A stretch of DNA of 64,000 bases, from positions 1-64,000 of the forward strand of contig CAWIEK010000048.1 in assembly GCA_963835065.1 (NCBI GenBank), read 5' to 3'. Of this stretch, positions 38,670 through 49,068 are shown in pieces. Position 1 is the first letter of the stretch, and each line of letters opens with the position of its first letter. The translations under genes were made by a program, and so were the position numbers. The notes beneath the pieces are model-generated. The model saw only the letters and a list, made by a program, of their open reading frames with translations. It was not told the DNA's origin and made no database searches. The stretch comes from an uncultured Chthonomonadaceae bacterium. GTDB lineage: Bacteria; Armatimonadota; Chthonomonadetes; Chthonomonadales; Chthonomonadaceae.

Positions 38670-41600
38670 TTACTTGACGCCCGCAGGCATCTGGTCGGCT
38701 ACGTCTTCCTTGCCGCCGGCTTTGGCGGCCGCGAGTTCCTGCTGTATCTGGCGGTATTCCAGCGATACCACTTTGACGAACTGCGCCTGCGTTTCGGGCC
38801 AGTTCTGGAGGAGGGACGCGCCCCGGTCACTGCGGGTGTACAGGACGTGCCGCTCGATCAGGGTTTTCAATTCGGCTACATCGGCTTCATCCGTGACGGC
38901 TTCCAGCGCGGTCTTGCCGCCGTTGCGGTTGCAGCGGGCGGGGAAGCGGCCTTTGGGGTCCCACACATACGCCACGCCGCCGCTCATGCCCGCCGCGAAG
39001 TTGCGCCCGACTTCGCCCAAAACCACCACCGTGCCGCCCGTCATGTACTCGCAGCCGTGATCGCCCGTGCCTTCCACAACGGCAGTCGCGCCGCTGTTGC
39101 GCACCGCGAACCGCTCGCCCACCACGCCGCGCAAAAACACTTCGCCACTGGTCGCGCCATAAAGCAGCGTGTTGCCCGCGATGATGTTCTCGGCGGGGTC
39201 AAAGGGCGATTGGCGCGGCGGATAGACAATGATGCGCCCGCCCGAAATGCCCTTGCCCAAGATAGTCGTTGGCGTCGCCTTCCAGCGTCATGGTAATGCC
39301 GCGCGCCAGAAACGCGCCGAACGACTGCCCCGCGCTGCCCGTGAATTTCAGGCGAATGGTGTCTTCCGGCAAGCCCTGTTCGCCGTATTTCAGCGCGATA
39401 CGCCCCGACAGCATGGTTCCCACCGTGCGGTTGCGGTTGTAAATCGGCAGTTCGGCGGCAACGGGAATGCCCCGATCCACCGCGCCCTGCGACAAGGCGA
39501 TGAGATGGTAGTCCAGAGCGTCGTCAAGGCCATGCTCCTGCTGCCTGACATGCGACTGCGCGTGTTTGTCCGCGCCTTCCGGCTGCGTGAGAATGGGCGT
39601 CAAATCCAGTCCCCGCGCTTTCCAGTGTTCGATGGCGCAGGTTGCGTCCAGCATGTCAATGCGCCCTACCATTTCGGCAACCGTCCTGAAGCCCAGTTCG
39701 GCCATGATTTCGCGCAGTTCTTCGGCCACGAAGAAGAAGTAATTGATGACGTGTTCCGGCTGGCCCGTAAAGCGCTGCCGCAGAGTTGGGTCCTGCGTGG
39801 CAATGCCGACGGGACACGTTCCCAGATGACACACGCGCATCATAATGCAGCCCATTGCGACAAGCGGCGCGCTGGAAAAGCCGAACTCTTCCGCGCCGAG
39901 CAGGGCGGCAATAGCCACATCGCGCCCCGTTTTCAACTGCCCGTCCGTCTGCACGACGAACGCGCCCGCGCAGGTCGTTTTTGACGAGAGTTTGCTGCGT
40001 TTCCGCCAGTCCCATTTCCCACGGGATGCCCGCGTGCTTGATGCTCGAAACGGGAGACGCGCCCGTTCCGCCGTCATAGCCGCTAATCAAAATGTGGTCG
40101 GCATGGGCTTTGGACACGCCCGCCGCGACCGTGCCGACGCCCACTTCCGCCACCAGTTTGACCGAAATACGCGCGGCGGGATTGACGTTTTTCAGGTCGA
40201 AAATCAACTGCGCGAGGTCTTCGATGGAATAAATGTCGTGGTGCGGCGGCGGCGAAATCAGCGTGACGCCCGGCGTCGTGTGCCGAACGCCCGCGATATA
40301 AGCGTCCACTTTGGTTCCGGGCAGTTCGCCGCCCTCGCCGGGTTTGGCTCCCTGCGCCATCTTAATCTGCAGTTCGTCCGCGTTGACCAGATAATGCGCC
40401 GTGACGCCGAACCGCGCGGACGCGATCTGCTTGATCGCGCTGCGCCGGCTGTCGCCATTGGCTTCGGGCGTGTAGCGGACGGGGTCTTCGCCGCCCTCGC
40501 CCGTGTTGCTTTTGCCGCCCATGCGGTTCATGGCAATCGCCAGCGTCTCATGCGCTTCCCGGCTGATGCTTCCGAGCGACATCGCCCCCGTCACAAACCG
40601 CTTCACAATCTCCCGCGCCGGCTCCACGTCGTCAATTGGAATTGGGCTGCCGACTTTGAATTGCAGCAGACTCCGCAGGGTCGCCAGCGCCTCGCTCGTA
40701 TCATTGACGTGCCTGCTGAACTCCTTAAAGTCGGCAAAGCCCTTTTGAAATGATGAGTGATGAGTGATGAGTGATGAATTGGATTCTGATTCATCATTCA
40801 TCATTCCGCGTTCATCATTTCCCCCCTGCCTTACCGCCTGCTGCAACTGCGCCACCGTATCCGGGTTGTAGGCGTGGTGTTCGCCGAAACGCCGCCACTG
40901 GTACTGCCCGCCCGGATCGAGGTCAATGCTGCCTTTGATGTCCATTTTGGGGTACGCGGACTCGTGGCGGGACAGGCTTTCCTGCTGAATGATGTCCAGG
41001 CCGACGCCGCCCAGACGCGACGGCGTACCGGTGAAATAACGCGCCACCATGTCTTTGTCCAGGCCGATCGCCTCGAAAATCTGCGCGCCCCGGTAGCTTT
41101 GCAGCGTGGAAATGCCCATTTTGGCGAACGTTTTCAGCAGTCCCTTGTTGACGGCTTTGATGAAGTTGATACTGGCTTTGTCCACATTGACTTCGGGCGG
41201 AAACATTTTGTCGCGCCCCATGCTGTCCAGCGTTTCCAGCGCCAGATAGGGGTTGATGGCGGACGCGCCGTAGCCGATGAGAAGGGCAAAGTGCATGACT
41301 TCCCGCGCTTCGCCCGATTCGACGATAAGACCCACGCATGTGCGCGTCCCTTCCCGCACCAGATGGTGATGCACGGCGCTTGTCGCCAGCAGGCTGGGAA
41401 TCGGAGCCGTGTGCGCGTCAATGTCCCGGTCGGACAGAATCAGGAAGCTGTAGCCATCCGCAACGGCGCGGGACGCGGACTTCGCACAGGTTTTGAACGG
41501 CTTTTTCCAGCGCGTCCGGCCCGTCCTCCACGTCGAACCACATCGGCAGGGTTTTGGCGTTGAACTCGCCCGTGCGGACATTGCGCAGTTTTTCCAGCTC

Positions 41601-43336
41601 GAAATTGCGCAGAATGGGCGACTCCAGCTTGAGCATGTGGGCGTGTTGCGGCGTGGCGTCCAGCAGGTTGCCGTCGCTGCCGATGAAGTCCACGAGCGAC
41701 ATGACCAGTTCTTCGCGGATGGGGTCAATGGGCGGGTTCGTCACCTGCGCGAACAACTGCTTGAAGTAGTTGTACAGCAATTGCGGGCGCCTGGACAAAA
41801 CGGCAATCGGCGTGTCCGTGCCCATGCTGCCCAGTGGCTGCTCGCCATTCGTCGCCATCGGGTACAAAATCAGGCGAATGTCTTCCAGCGTATAGCCGAA
41901 CACCTTCTGGCGCGTGAGCAGGGTTTTCTCGTTAGGCAGATGGATGAATGGCGGTTCGGGCAGGTTGTCCAGCGTGATGCGGTTGGCGTCCAGCCACTCT
42001 TTATAAGGATGCTGCGTACAGAGTTCGCGCTTGATCTCGTCGTCGCTGACGATGCCGCCGCTGACTCAGGTCAATCAGGAACATGCGCCCCGGCTGCAAG
42101 CGGCCTTTTTGCACGACGTGGGCCGGGTCGATATCCACAACGCCCGTTTCCGACGCCAGAACCACAAGATCATCGTCCGTGACGCAGTAGCGGGCGGGGC
42201 GCAGGCCGTTGCGGTCCAGCAACGCGCCGATCATGCGCCCGTCCGTGAAGCAAACCGCGGCGGGGCCGTCCCAGGGTTCCATCAGGCAGGCGTGGTACTC
42301 GTAAAACGCGCGGCGCTCGTCGTCCATGCCCGGATCGCCGGTCCACGCTTCCGGCATCAGCATCATCATGGCGTGCGGCAGGCTGCGCCCGCCCAACGTC
42401 AGCAGTTCGACGGCGTTATCCAGAGCGGCGCTGTCGCTGCCGGACTTGTTGATGAGCGGCAGCAGTTTCTTGATGTCGTCGCCGAACAGTTCGGAGGACA
42501 GGGATTTTTCCCGCGCGCTCATCCAGTTGCGGTTGCCGCGCAGGGTATTGATTTCGCCGTTGTGGGCGATGTAGCGGAAGGGATGCGCCAGATCCCAGGT
42601 CGGGAAAGGTGTTGGTGGAAAACCGCTGATGCACCAGCGCGAGGGCGGTGGTCGTGCGCAGGTCGCTCAGGTCGAGATAATAGGCCGCCATCTGATGCGT
42701 CATCAGCAGGCCCTTGTAAACAATGGTGCGGCACGACAGGCTGTTGACGTAAAAATAGCCTTCCTGCTCCAGGCACAATTCCACAATGGCGTTCTGAACG
42801 CGGCGGCGGATGAGGTACAGTTTGCGCTCGAAAGCGTCTTCATCGGCAATGTCCGCGCTGCGCCCGATAAAAATCTGCCGGATGACCGGTTCGACCGTTC
42901 GGGCCAGAGCGCCGATTTTGGCGTGATTGATCGGCACGTCGCGCCAGGCGAGAACGGTCTGCCCTTCTTCCCGTACAATCTGCTCGAAAATCTGCTCATA
43001 CGTGGCGCGTTCGTCGTCTTTGGTGGGCAAAAACAACATGCCCACGCCGTACTCGCCGGGGGCAGGCAAAGCGATGCCCTGTCCCTGCAATTCATCGGCA
43101 AAAAACTCATGCGGAATTTGAAACAGGATGCCCGCGCCGTCGCCCGTATCCGGGTCGCTGCCGGTCGCGCCCCGATGTTCCAGTTTGCGCAGCACGTCCA
43201 AGCCCTGCTTGATGATGGCGTGGGATTTATGGCCTTTGATATGCGCGACGAAGCCGACGCCGCAGGCGTCGTGTTCAAACTGCGGGTCGTACAATCCATG
43301 CGCGGGGGGCAGTTGGCCGGGTTTGGCTTGTTCCAT
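38670..43336 (-). CDS. gltB: Glutamate synthase large subunit, split by about 5 frameshifts (probable sequencing indels)
   Basis: [10 protein letters not shown]-terminus, [36 protein letters not shown] and GCEYMTGG occur in successive frames. Confidence 0.95.
40748..40820. repeat. Heptamer palindrome inserted in frame in gltB (encodes [24 protein letters not shown])
   Basis: AAATGATGAGTGATGAGTGATGAG...TTCATCATTCATCATT..TTCATCATTT. Confidence 0.85.
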
Positions 43337-43747
43337 TGGCGTCGCTTCCGTTCTCGTCCAGCAGGGTGCAGAGTGATGGACACGGCTTGCCGAAAGCAGA
43401 AACAACGGGAACGCGCAGGATGGAAAAGCGGGAGGGCGCGCGGTCTGCAAGCCGTATCAGGCGTATGTGGCCGCGCTTGAATAAGGTGAAAAGCGCGTTT
43501 GCCACAGATTGCTTCCCGTCACGTCATTGTGAAAAGGGAGACAATCATAGCACAAAACGCGCCCCTTTGTCAATGTTTATACAAACGCAAATTTAGATCA
43601 TCCCTTCCTCATGCAGGGCCGACGCATCTAAACGGGAAAGAAAAAGGATATGTAGAGTCATCGTCGAAATCTTGGCAATGCAGCGCTTCCAGCCCGATGT
43701 CTCGTTGTGTCAAATTGTAGGAGAGAGGCGTCGTGGCCTCAGCAGCG

Positions 43748-43777
43748 TCAGGGCGAACGGGAGGAAAATACAGGCAT
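43748..43777 (-). CDS. Putative micro-ORF MPVFSSRSP*
   Basis: GGGAGGTG SD with the ATG 9 nt after GGAGG, as in copy 1. Confidence 0.4.
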   Translation of the reverse strand: MPVFSSRSP

Positions 43778-43899
43778 CTTCCAGCACCTCCCTTCCGGGT
43801 TAGTTGATAGTTGATAGTTGATAGTTGATAGGAACTATGATCTTCAACGTCCCGCCACCTGGCTAGTTAGCAGCCTCTATTATATAGACTTATGTATAC

Positions 43900-43927
43900 T
43901 TAGACGAGTTAGATGCGAGGAAGGTTC
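43900..43927 (-). promoter_or_regulatory. ECF-sigma-type promoter (GAAC-N18-GTCTAA)
   Basis: Minus strand GAAC cttcctcgcatctaactc GTCTAA. Confidence 0.6.
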
Positions 43928-44097
43928 GTTTGTTTCTGCTATTTATGCAGAAATGTTTCTACTTTTTTGCACATTCTTTTTAGATTGATCAACCCGGAGG
44001 AGGGAGCAGGCGCAGCACAGGGGCGAATGACCTACGATGGGATACGTGTTGAGCATTTGAGATGCGCCGACCCTGCTTCCTCATGCACTGCCCTTGA

Positions 44098-44187
44098 CAG
44101 AAGGAAATCGAACGGGTACACAGCAGGTATCAGCGGGCAAAGGAACACTACGCAGCCACCTACGAGGATAAGGACACGCACAAATGA
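44098..44187 (+). pseudogene. C-terminal remnant of a RelE/ParE (Gp49-like) toxin
   Basis: Reads QKEIERVHSRYQRAKEHYAATYEDKDTHK*. Its stop overlaps the antitoxin ATG (ATGA) and the 5' part is missing. Confidence 0.6.
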
Positions 44188-44549
44188 CAGCTATCGTGGA
44201 GAAAGCAAACGCGCAGAAGAGCAGGAATGAGGAGGAAATTACGACTTCTTCCGGCAATGTCTACGAGGATTTAGGGCTGGCACACCCGGACGAGCGCATG
44301 GCAAAATCCGTAATAGCGCTGGCAATTACGGACGCTATCAAGGCGCGTAATCTTACGCAGGCAACAGCAGCAGAACTGATGAACGCGGACGCTTCCCAAC
44401 TTTCGGATTTGCAGCGCGGACGCCTGACCCATATCCCCTTCGACTGCCTGCTCCGGTTCGCCAATGCGCTCGGTCTCGGTGTGCAAATCACTATTCAACC
44501 CACTAATGACGAGCAGGGCAAAACATCAGCGCACACAATGGCAGGGTAA
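44184..44549 (+). CDS. XRE-family HTH antitoxin (HigA-like)
   Basis: SSGNVYEDLG...LTQATAAELM...SQLSDLQRGR...FANALG. Confidence 0.88.
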   Translation: MTAIVEKANAQKSRNEEEITTSSGNVYEDLGLAHPDERMAKSVIALAITDAIKARNLTQATAAELMNADASQLSDLQRGRLTHIPFDCLLRFANALGLGVQITIQPTNDEQGKTSAHTMAG

Positions 44550-44670
44550 CTTTCCGAAACGGGAACATTATGAAAAACTCAACTGGCAATGGATCGCGGT
44601 GTGTGACAGCGATTTCGGAAACATTATGGGCTGTTTGCATTAATCTGTTTTCGTCGTCGCTGTTGTGAAC

Positions 44671-44700
44671 AAAGGCGGCTCCAATATTGGAGCCGCCTTT
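44671..44700. terminator. Bidirectional terminator / perfect 30-bp palindrome
   Basis: AAAGGCGGCTCCAATATTGGAGCCGCCTTT between convergent genes. Confidence 0.75.
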
Positions 44701-44831
44701 TGTGGTTTCTCTAATTGGCGAAAACTAGCGGCGGCGCAAGTCCCACTATTGGAACCGCAACATCTTGGGCGCGGTCAGAGCGATACGGCGCGAAAGGTCA
44801 AGGGCAGCCAGTCGGTTTCAAAGATTTGTGA

Positions 44832-45077
44832 TTAAGCGAGCGTGGGAGTGGGCAAATCTTCGTACTCGCGGAGTATTTGCTCCGGGGTCTTGGTTTCCCA
44901 TTCCCTGTAGATGTCCTTGATGGAACGTCCACTCGCAACAAGGCGCTCTTCAATGACTGCAACGCGCTTGGATTGCTCGATTTGGAGGGCGGACATTCCT
45001 GCTTCCCGGCAAGCCGTGTCAAGAATCGTTTCCAGCAGGGTTGCAGCGTCTTTTTTCGTGGGTTCAGAAATCATCAC
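44832..45077 (-). CDS. Hypothetical protein (81 aa)
   Basis: Helical-looking ORF with no family recognised. Confidence 0.45.
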   Translation of the reverse strand: MMISEPTKKDAATLLETILDTACREAGMSALQIEQSKRVAVIEERLVASGRSIKDIYREWETKTPEQILREYEDLPTPTLA

Positions 45078-45231
45078 ACGGCCTTATCTTTCAGGATAGC
45101 CTCATTATACAGATACGGACTTACGCCGCCAAGTTCCGCAAAAGATGTTGACATTCCAGCAGGCAGTTGCTATAATGGTGTTATTCTTCCAATGGATGGA
45201 TAAATCCATTGTTGTGGTAAGGCTGTGAAAT

Positions 45232-45507
45232 ATGGCAATCATACAGACATCGAATAGAGCAGAACAGGCATTGGCTTTGATTGCCAACCTGAATGACGAG
45301 CAATTCGCCAGCCTTGAAGCGGTGCTTAAGGAAGCTGCGTCTGATGAAAATGCGCGTGTTCAAGTATCCTCATCCGGTGAAGCGCAGTTGACACGGGAAG
45401 AAGGACTTATTTTGCTGAAAGCATTTAATGGCCCAACGAGTGAACCATCAACGCGCATGTTGGAAGCTGTAGCCAACTACAAACGAATCATGTCAGAGAC
45501 ACTTTAG
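45232..45507 (+). CDS. Putative antitoxin (DUF1778/TacA-like C-terminus)
   Basis: Ends LTREE...LKAFNGPTSEPSTRMLEAVANY and lies immediately upstream of a GNAT toxin. Confidence 0.6.
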   Translation: MAIIQTSNRAEQALALIANLNDEQFASLEAVLKEAASDENARVQVSSSGEAQLTREEGLILLKAFNGPTSEPSTRMLEAVANYKRIMSETL

Positions 45508-45521
45508 TTGATGTTGGGAAT

Positions 45522-46106
45522 ATGCAGCCGCTAAATCGCTATCGCTTTGAAGTGCTAGCAGAGCAACATGACCTTACATCTTTCGATTGTGGGAATGTTG
45601 CTCTGAATGATTATCTGACCATAGACGCCAAACGAGATGTCAGGATAAATCTACGGCAAACCTACCTCCTGCTTGACTACTCACAATCCCCGGCGTTTGT
45701 TGCAGGCTACTTCACGCTCTGTGCGGATACCGCTGAAATTTGGCACCCCCTTGTTTACGGAACGATCAATTACCCGCTGATCCTCCTTGATTATCTTGCC
45801 CGCCACGTCAATTACAAGCGCATAGGGATTGGGGATGCCCTGTTGATACAGGCTTTTCGCGTCACAGCCGATGTTGCCGCCAGAGTCGGCGTTGCGGGAA
45901 TGCACATCCGAGAAGCCACCAAAGCGGGCAAAAGATTGTATATGCGAGACGTGTATGGTTTTACAATGCACCCTTGCGCTGAAATTGACAGGGATAAGGG
46001 TTTGTACCTTCCCATCCATGACATCCATGCTATTTTAGCCAAACTGGAGACGACCCCTGACCAACCAACCGAAGGTGATCAAGGGCCGAAGTCTGCCGAT
46101 ATCTGA
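45522..46106 (+). CDS. GNAT-family acetyltransferase toxin (TacT/AtaT-like)
   Basis: HDLTSFDCGNVALNDYL, AGYFTL, LARHVNYKRIGIGDALL and YGF. Confidence 0.85.
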   Translation: MQPLNRYRFEVLAEQHDLTSFDCGNVALNDYLTIDAKRDVRINLRQTYLLLDYSQSPAFVAGYFTLCADTAEIWHPLVYGTINYPLILLDYLARHVNYKRIGIGDALLIQAFRVTADVAARVGVAGMHIREATKAGKRLYMRDVYGFTMHPCAEIDRDKGLYLPIHDIHAILAKLETTPDQPTEGDQGPKSADI

Positions 46107-46121
46107 CAAGTTTTACACATT

Positions 46122-46314
46122 TCAGAGAAGATCACGGAGTTGCTGCTGCGCTTCGTGGCAAATCCCAATTACCTTTTCGACAGGCATCTCCATTACTTCC
46201 GCAATTTCATCATACGACAGTTCGTACTCCAAACGCAACGCCGCGATAGATTGGTAGGGTTCTTTCAATTTAAAAGAGGGCTTCTACAAATCTATCTGCC
46301 TCTTCTTCATTCAT
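46122..46314 (-). CDS. Stand-alone sigma-70 region-4 HTH small protein (63 aa), with one extra T in a homopolymer
   Basis: Removing one T near 46272 gives MNEEEADRFVEALFKLKEPYQSIAALRLEYELSYDEIAEVMEMPVEKVIGICHEAQQQLRDLL*. Confidence 0.65.
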
Positions 46315-46365
46315 AGTTGGCTCTCATGTTTGTTCAAAATGTAAAGATTGCTTCAAAAGCAAACA

Positions 46366-46599
46366 TTACTCGCGGGAACGGAGGCGTTGAAGTTTGCCTT
46401 CTAATTGCAATGTAAGCGCCTGCCCTTCGGGCGATTGGCACAATCGCGCTTTGATGGCAGTCTGCAACGAGTCGAACTTCGAGTCGGCAGGATTGTCCGT
46501 GGACACGAATTCGCACAGGGCGTCACAGTTTTCTTGAATGGTTGGCTCATTTACCATGACTCTATTTTCGCTTGGATTGTTGATGATGCTTGTATCCAT
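46366..46599 (-). CDS. Hypothetical protein (77 aa)
   Basis: AGGGGA RBS and co-oriented with the region-4 ORF. Confidence 0.5.
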   Translation of the reverse strand: MDTSIINNPSENRVMVNEPTIQENCDALCEFVSTDNPADSKFDSLQTAIKARLCQSPEGQALTLQLEGKLQRLRSRE

Positions 46600-46764
46600 G
46601 ATAGTCCCCTTGCATCAAACGGTTTTATGCGGCAACGTTCGTACCGGCGATACGAGTTTGCTTCGCAGTCGAGCAAAACTTGTTGAAAATAGTGTAACAG
46701 ACAAACGTGGGGCTGTCAAGTACGGGCGCTACGGCATTATGGCAAAAATACACCACCAGCCGCG

Positions 46765-46866
46765 TAACAAAGGTGTCGTGGCTGGGGATGCCGTTGGGCA
46801 AGGCCAGCCACTGCGAACCAACCACAAGCCTGATAGTTATTCACAACTTTAGATGCGTTTGCCCTG
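46765..46866 (-). mobile_element. ISAs1-family remnant: terminal IR plus a short transposase fragment
   Basis: The minus strand begins CAGGGCAAACGCATCTAAA (same family as the MITE ends) and then encodes WLALPNGIPSHDTF, the ISAs1 transposase signature. Confidence 0.8.
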
Positions 46867-47136
46867 ATTGCCTAGTACCCAACACCCAACACCCTCCTAA
46901 ATATGTGGTATACTAATAACAAGGCCGGTTGTCGGCACATTTAACTTTTGGTTGTTAATAACACGCTTGAAGATAACGCCTCTATCTCTTGCGCCTTTGC
47001 AATGGCGCGATTGCGATAGGGGTTTTGTATTTTTGGTTTCCCGCCTGCCCTTGTACGCAGGAACATCCGGCGTGGACAAGCAGAAAAACACCGTTGTTGC
47101 AGGCAGGCGCAGGCAGCAGCATAGGAGCAGCAGAAA

Positions 47137-47535
47137 ATGACAGACACGATGACAACGGGCGACACAGGCCACGAAACCACCGACATGACACCCGATGCAA
47201 ATCCCCTGATTTCCTCGAACGAAGTGGACGCCACGCCACAGGGCGACAAAAAGGGCAAGCCGGTTCATTCCCCGCGCAAAGAATCGGCGCGGATTCCGGT
47301 TACGGTCAAGGGCCAGAAGTACGTTTCTCCGGCAGGACGGCACAGCCAGCAAACGCATCGCCGCGCTGAAGAACGCGCCGCAGCGCAGGGAAACACCACG
47401 GAAAAGGAACAGCACGCGCAGGATCGGGAAGCCTTTGTGACGGAACTGAACCGCCGCGCGGACCAGAAAACGCGGCAGCAGAGCGAACAGAAATCGCGCA
47501 GCGCGCAGCCCAAAGCGCCGACTGAGACGAGCTGA
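47137..47535 (+). CDS. Hypothetical hydrophilic, disordered-looking protein (132 aa)
   Basis: AGGAG RBS and host-like codon usage. Confidence 0.6.
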   Translation: MTDTMTTGDTGHETTDMTPDANPLISSNEVDATPQGDKKGKPVHSPRKESARIPVTVKGQKYVSPAGRHSQQTHRRAEERAAAQGNTTEKEQHAQDREAFVTELNRRADQKTRQQSEQKSRSAQPKAPTETS

Positions 47536-47684
47536 CTTCCCAGGCAGACCGCATACGTTACGCGCGTCTGTGAGCCTGAAAAGACTTGCGCTCTTCTCCC
47601 ACTATGTGGAGAAGGGCGGGGGATGAGGGCTGGTTCCAAAACAAAATCGGCTGCAAACAACACAATGGGCACAGGAGCGACATC

Positions 47685-47852
47685 ATGGACAAGCACAACA
47701 AACACAGCAAGAACAAGAACAAAGGCGTCAACAAGCCGACGCCGATTGCGGTGAGCGGCAGTGGCCTCTTGCCGGACGCCTTGACTGTGGCGAATGAGGC
47801 CGCGAACGCCGCGAAAATCCAGCCCAAGGCCGCCGCAAGCAAGCGGAAATAA
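47685..47852 (+). CDS. Small basic hypothetical protein (55 aa)
   Basis: CAGGAG RBS, reading MDKHNKHSKNKNK...KRK. Confidence 0.55.
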   Translation: MDKHNKHSKNKNKGVNKPTPIAVSGSGLLPDALTVANEAANAAKIQPKAAASKRK

Positions 47853-47978
47853 ACGGCGGCGATGCGAACAGGCTGCGCGGCGGCAATTTGAGCAGACAGC
47901 GCCTCTGTAACGGGCAGGGCGCGTTGATTTGGCAGGAAAAGAACGAACGCTCAACGGCGAGAAACAAGGCAAGGAACT

Positions 47979-48227
47979 GTGAAAACGATGAAAAGACCAT
48001 TCAAAGAGGCAATTTGCACCTGCACGTCCGCGCGCTCTCTGCTGTACCAGAGTCTTGTTATTCACAAGCCCAAATGCCTGCTGTACGCTTCCCTTGTGGC
48101 GCATGAACAGGCCAATGTGAAGCTGCACGACACTCTGGGCTTCGTCGCGCCGACGCCGACGATTCTGGAAAACAAGGCGGCAGACCGCAGCCGCTTCACC
48201 CCCTCGGAGTCGCCCCTGCTGGTATGA
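47979..48227 (+). CDS. Small hypothetical protein with CxC...HxxxC
   Basis: AAGGA upstream, and third in a co-oriented run of small ORFs. Confidence 0.45.
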   Translation: MKTMKRPFKEAICTCTSARSLLYQSLVIHKPKCLLYASLVAHEQANVKLHDTLGFVAPTPTILENKAADRSRFTPSESPLLV

Positions 48228-48352
48228 GTTCGTCAATAGCCGATAAAGCAAGGCCGCGTCGCCAATCATCGAGAAGATTTACAAAAATGAGATTGGGTAT
48301 TCGAGAATGTTTGCGCGTCGTGGTACAATAACCACATCATAACAGGAGGCGC

Positions 48353-48649
48353 ATGATGGCTATACCCTTGTGCAAACTGGAAGGAACATGGCAGGAGATT
48401 ACGGCGCGCGTTCCCGACTTCGCCACACGCAAATTAGAAGTTATCGTTTATGATGCTGAAGAAACACGACAAGCAGCATCCAGTACATTGTCCACAGGGG
48501 AGAGGATAGAAGGCCGGCAAAAAACATTGACTGAAGCGCTGCGCGAAATTGAAGAACGCAGCCGTTTCATGAACCCCAAACCGGATTCCCATGACTACTT
48601 GCGCGAAGCGCGCTCCGGCGCAATGTTTGGACTCAACGCCGATGAGTAA
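48353..48649 (+). CDS. Putative antitoxin of a PIN toxin
   Basis: AGGAGG RBS, LEGTWQEI N-terminus and DYLREARSG C-terminus. It overlaps the PIN gene start. Confidence 0.7.
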   Translation: MMAIPLCKLEGTWQEITARVPDFATRKLEVIVYDAEETRQAASSTLSTGERIEGRQKTLTEALREIEERSRFMNPKPDSHDYLREARSGAMFGLNADE

Positions 48650-48978
48650 CTTGCTTTTTCTGGTCATTGATGCCAGTGTAATCATCGGTCTTTGCGCACA
48701 GGAACCCGGCAAACTCGCGCAGATCGTTGCTGCCTTGCAGGATTACGACGCAAAAGGTTACATCCGCTACGCGCCGCATTTGGTTGTCATGACAAATACG
48801 ACAGGGATATGGATGCAGCCGATCTGCTGACAGCATGTATATTGCGTTGGCGGAGCAGTTAGCGGCGCTTGGTCACACGGAACTGCTTACTTTTGACGCC
48901 GGACAAAAGTTGCAAACGGCGGCAACGGTTCCAACAGTTACCGTAAATCTGCTTGTAGCTATACCACCGGTACCATAA
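48642..48978 (+). pseudogene. PIN (VapC-like) toxin with an internal deletion and frameshift
   Basis: VIDASV...YAPHLVVM is joined out of frame to QIRQGYGCSRSADSMYIALAE...LLTFD. The central part of the PIN fold is absent. Confidence 0.75.
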
Positions 48979-48991
48979 TGCTCATTTTCCG

Positions 48992-49037
48992 AAACCAACC
49001 CGCGCTTTCTCAACAGTGAGGAAGCGCGGGTTGGTTT
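48992..49037. terminator. Hairpin between convergent genes
   Basis: AAACCAACCCGCGCTT...AAGCGCGGGTTGGTTT. Confidence 0.65.
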
Positions 49038-49068
49038 GCGGCGAATTGAGGGCAAAGCAGGCATGTTC

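Larger units (their letters stand above)
43639..43930 (-). repeat. Dispersed unit copy 2 (cargo of the MITE); candidate sRNA or leader
   Basis: Core 43649-43764 matches 2293-2408 at 112/116 nt. It also has (GTTGATA)4 and the ECF-like promoter at 43900-43927. Confidence 0.85.
43614..44075. mobile_element. 462-bp non-autonomous ISAs1-like MITE with a 10-bp target-site duplication
   Basis: Left end CAGGGCCGACGCATCTAAA and right end TTTGAGATGCGCCGACCCTG form imperfect inverted repeats. CTTCCTCATG is duplicated at 43604-43613 and 44076-44085. Confidence 0.88.

Noticed and set aside
43614..46866. One composite ISAs1 transposon spanning the TA genes
   Set aside because: The outer IRs are compatible, but their flanks (CTTCCTCATG versus ATTGCCTAGT) are not a duplication. 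The TSD supports only the 462-bp element.
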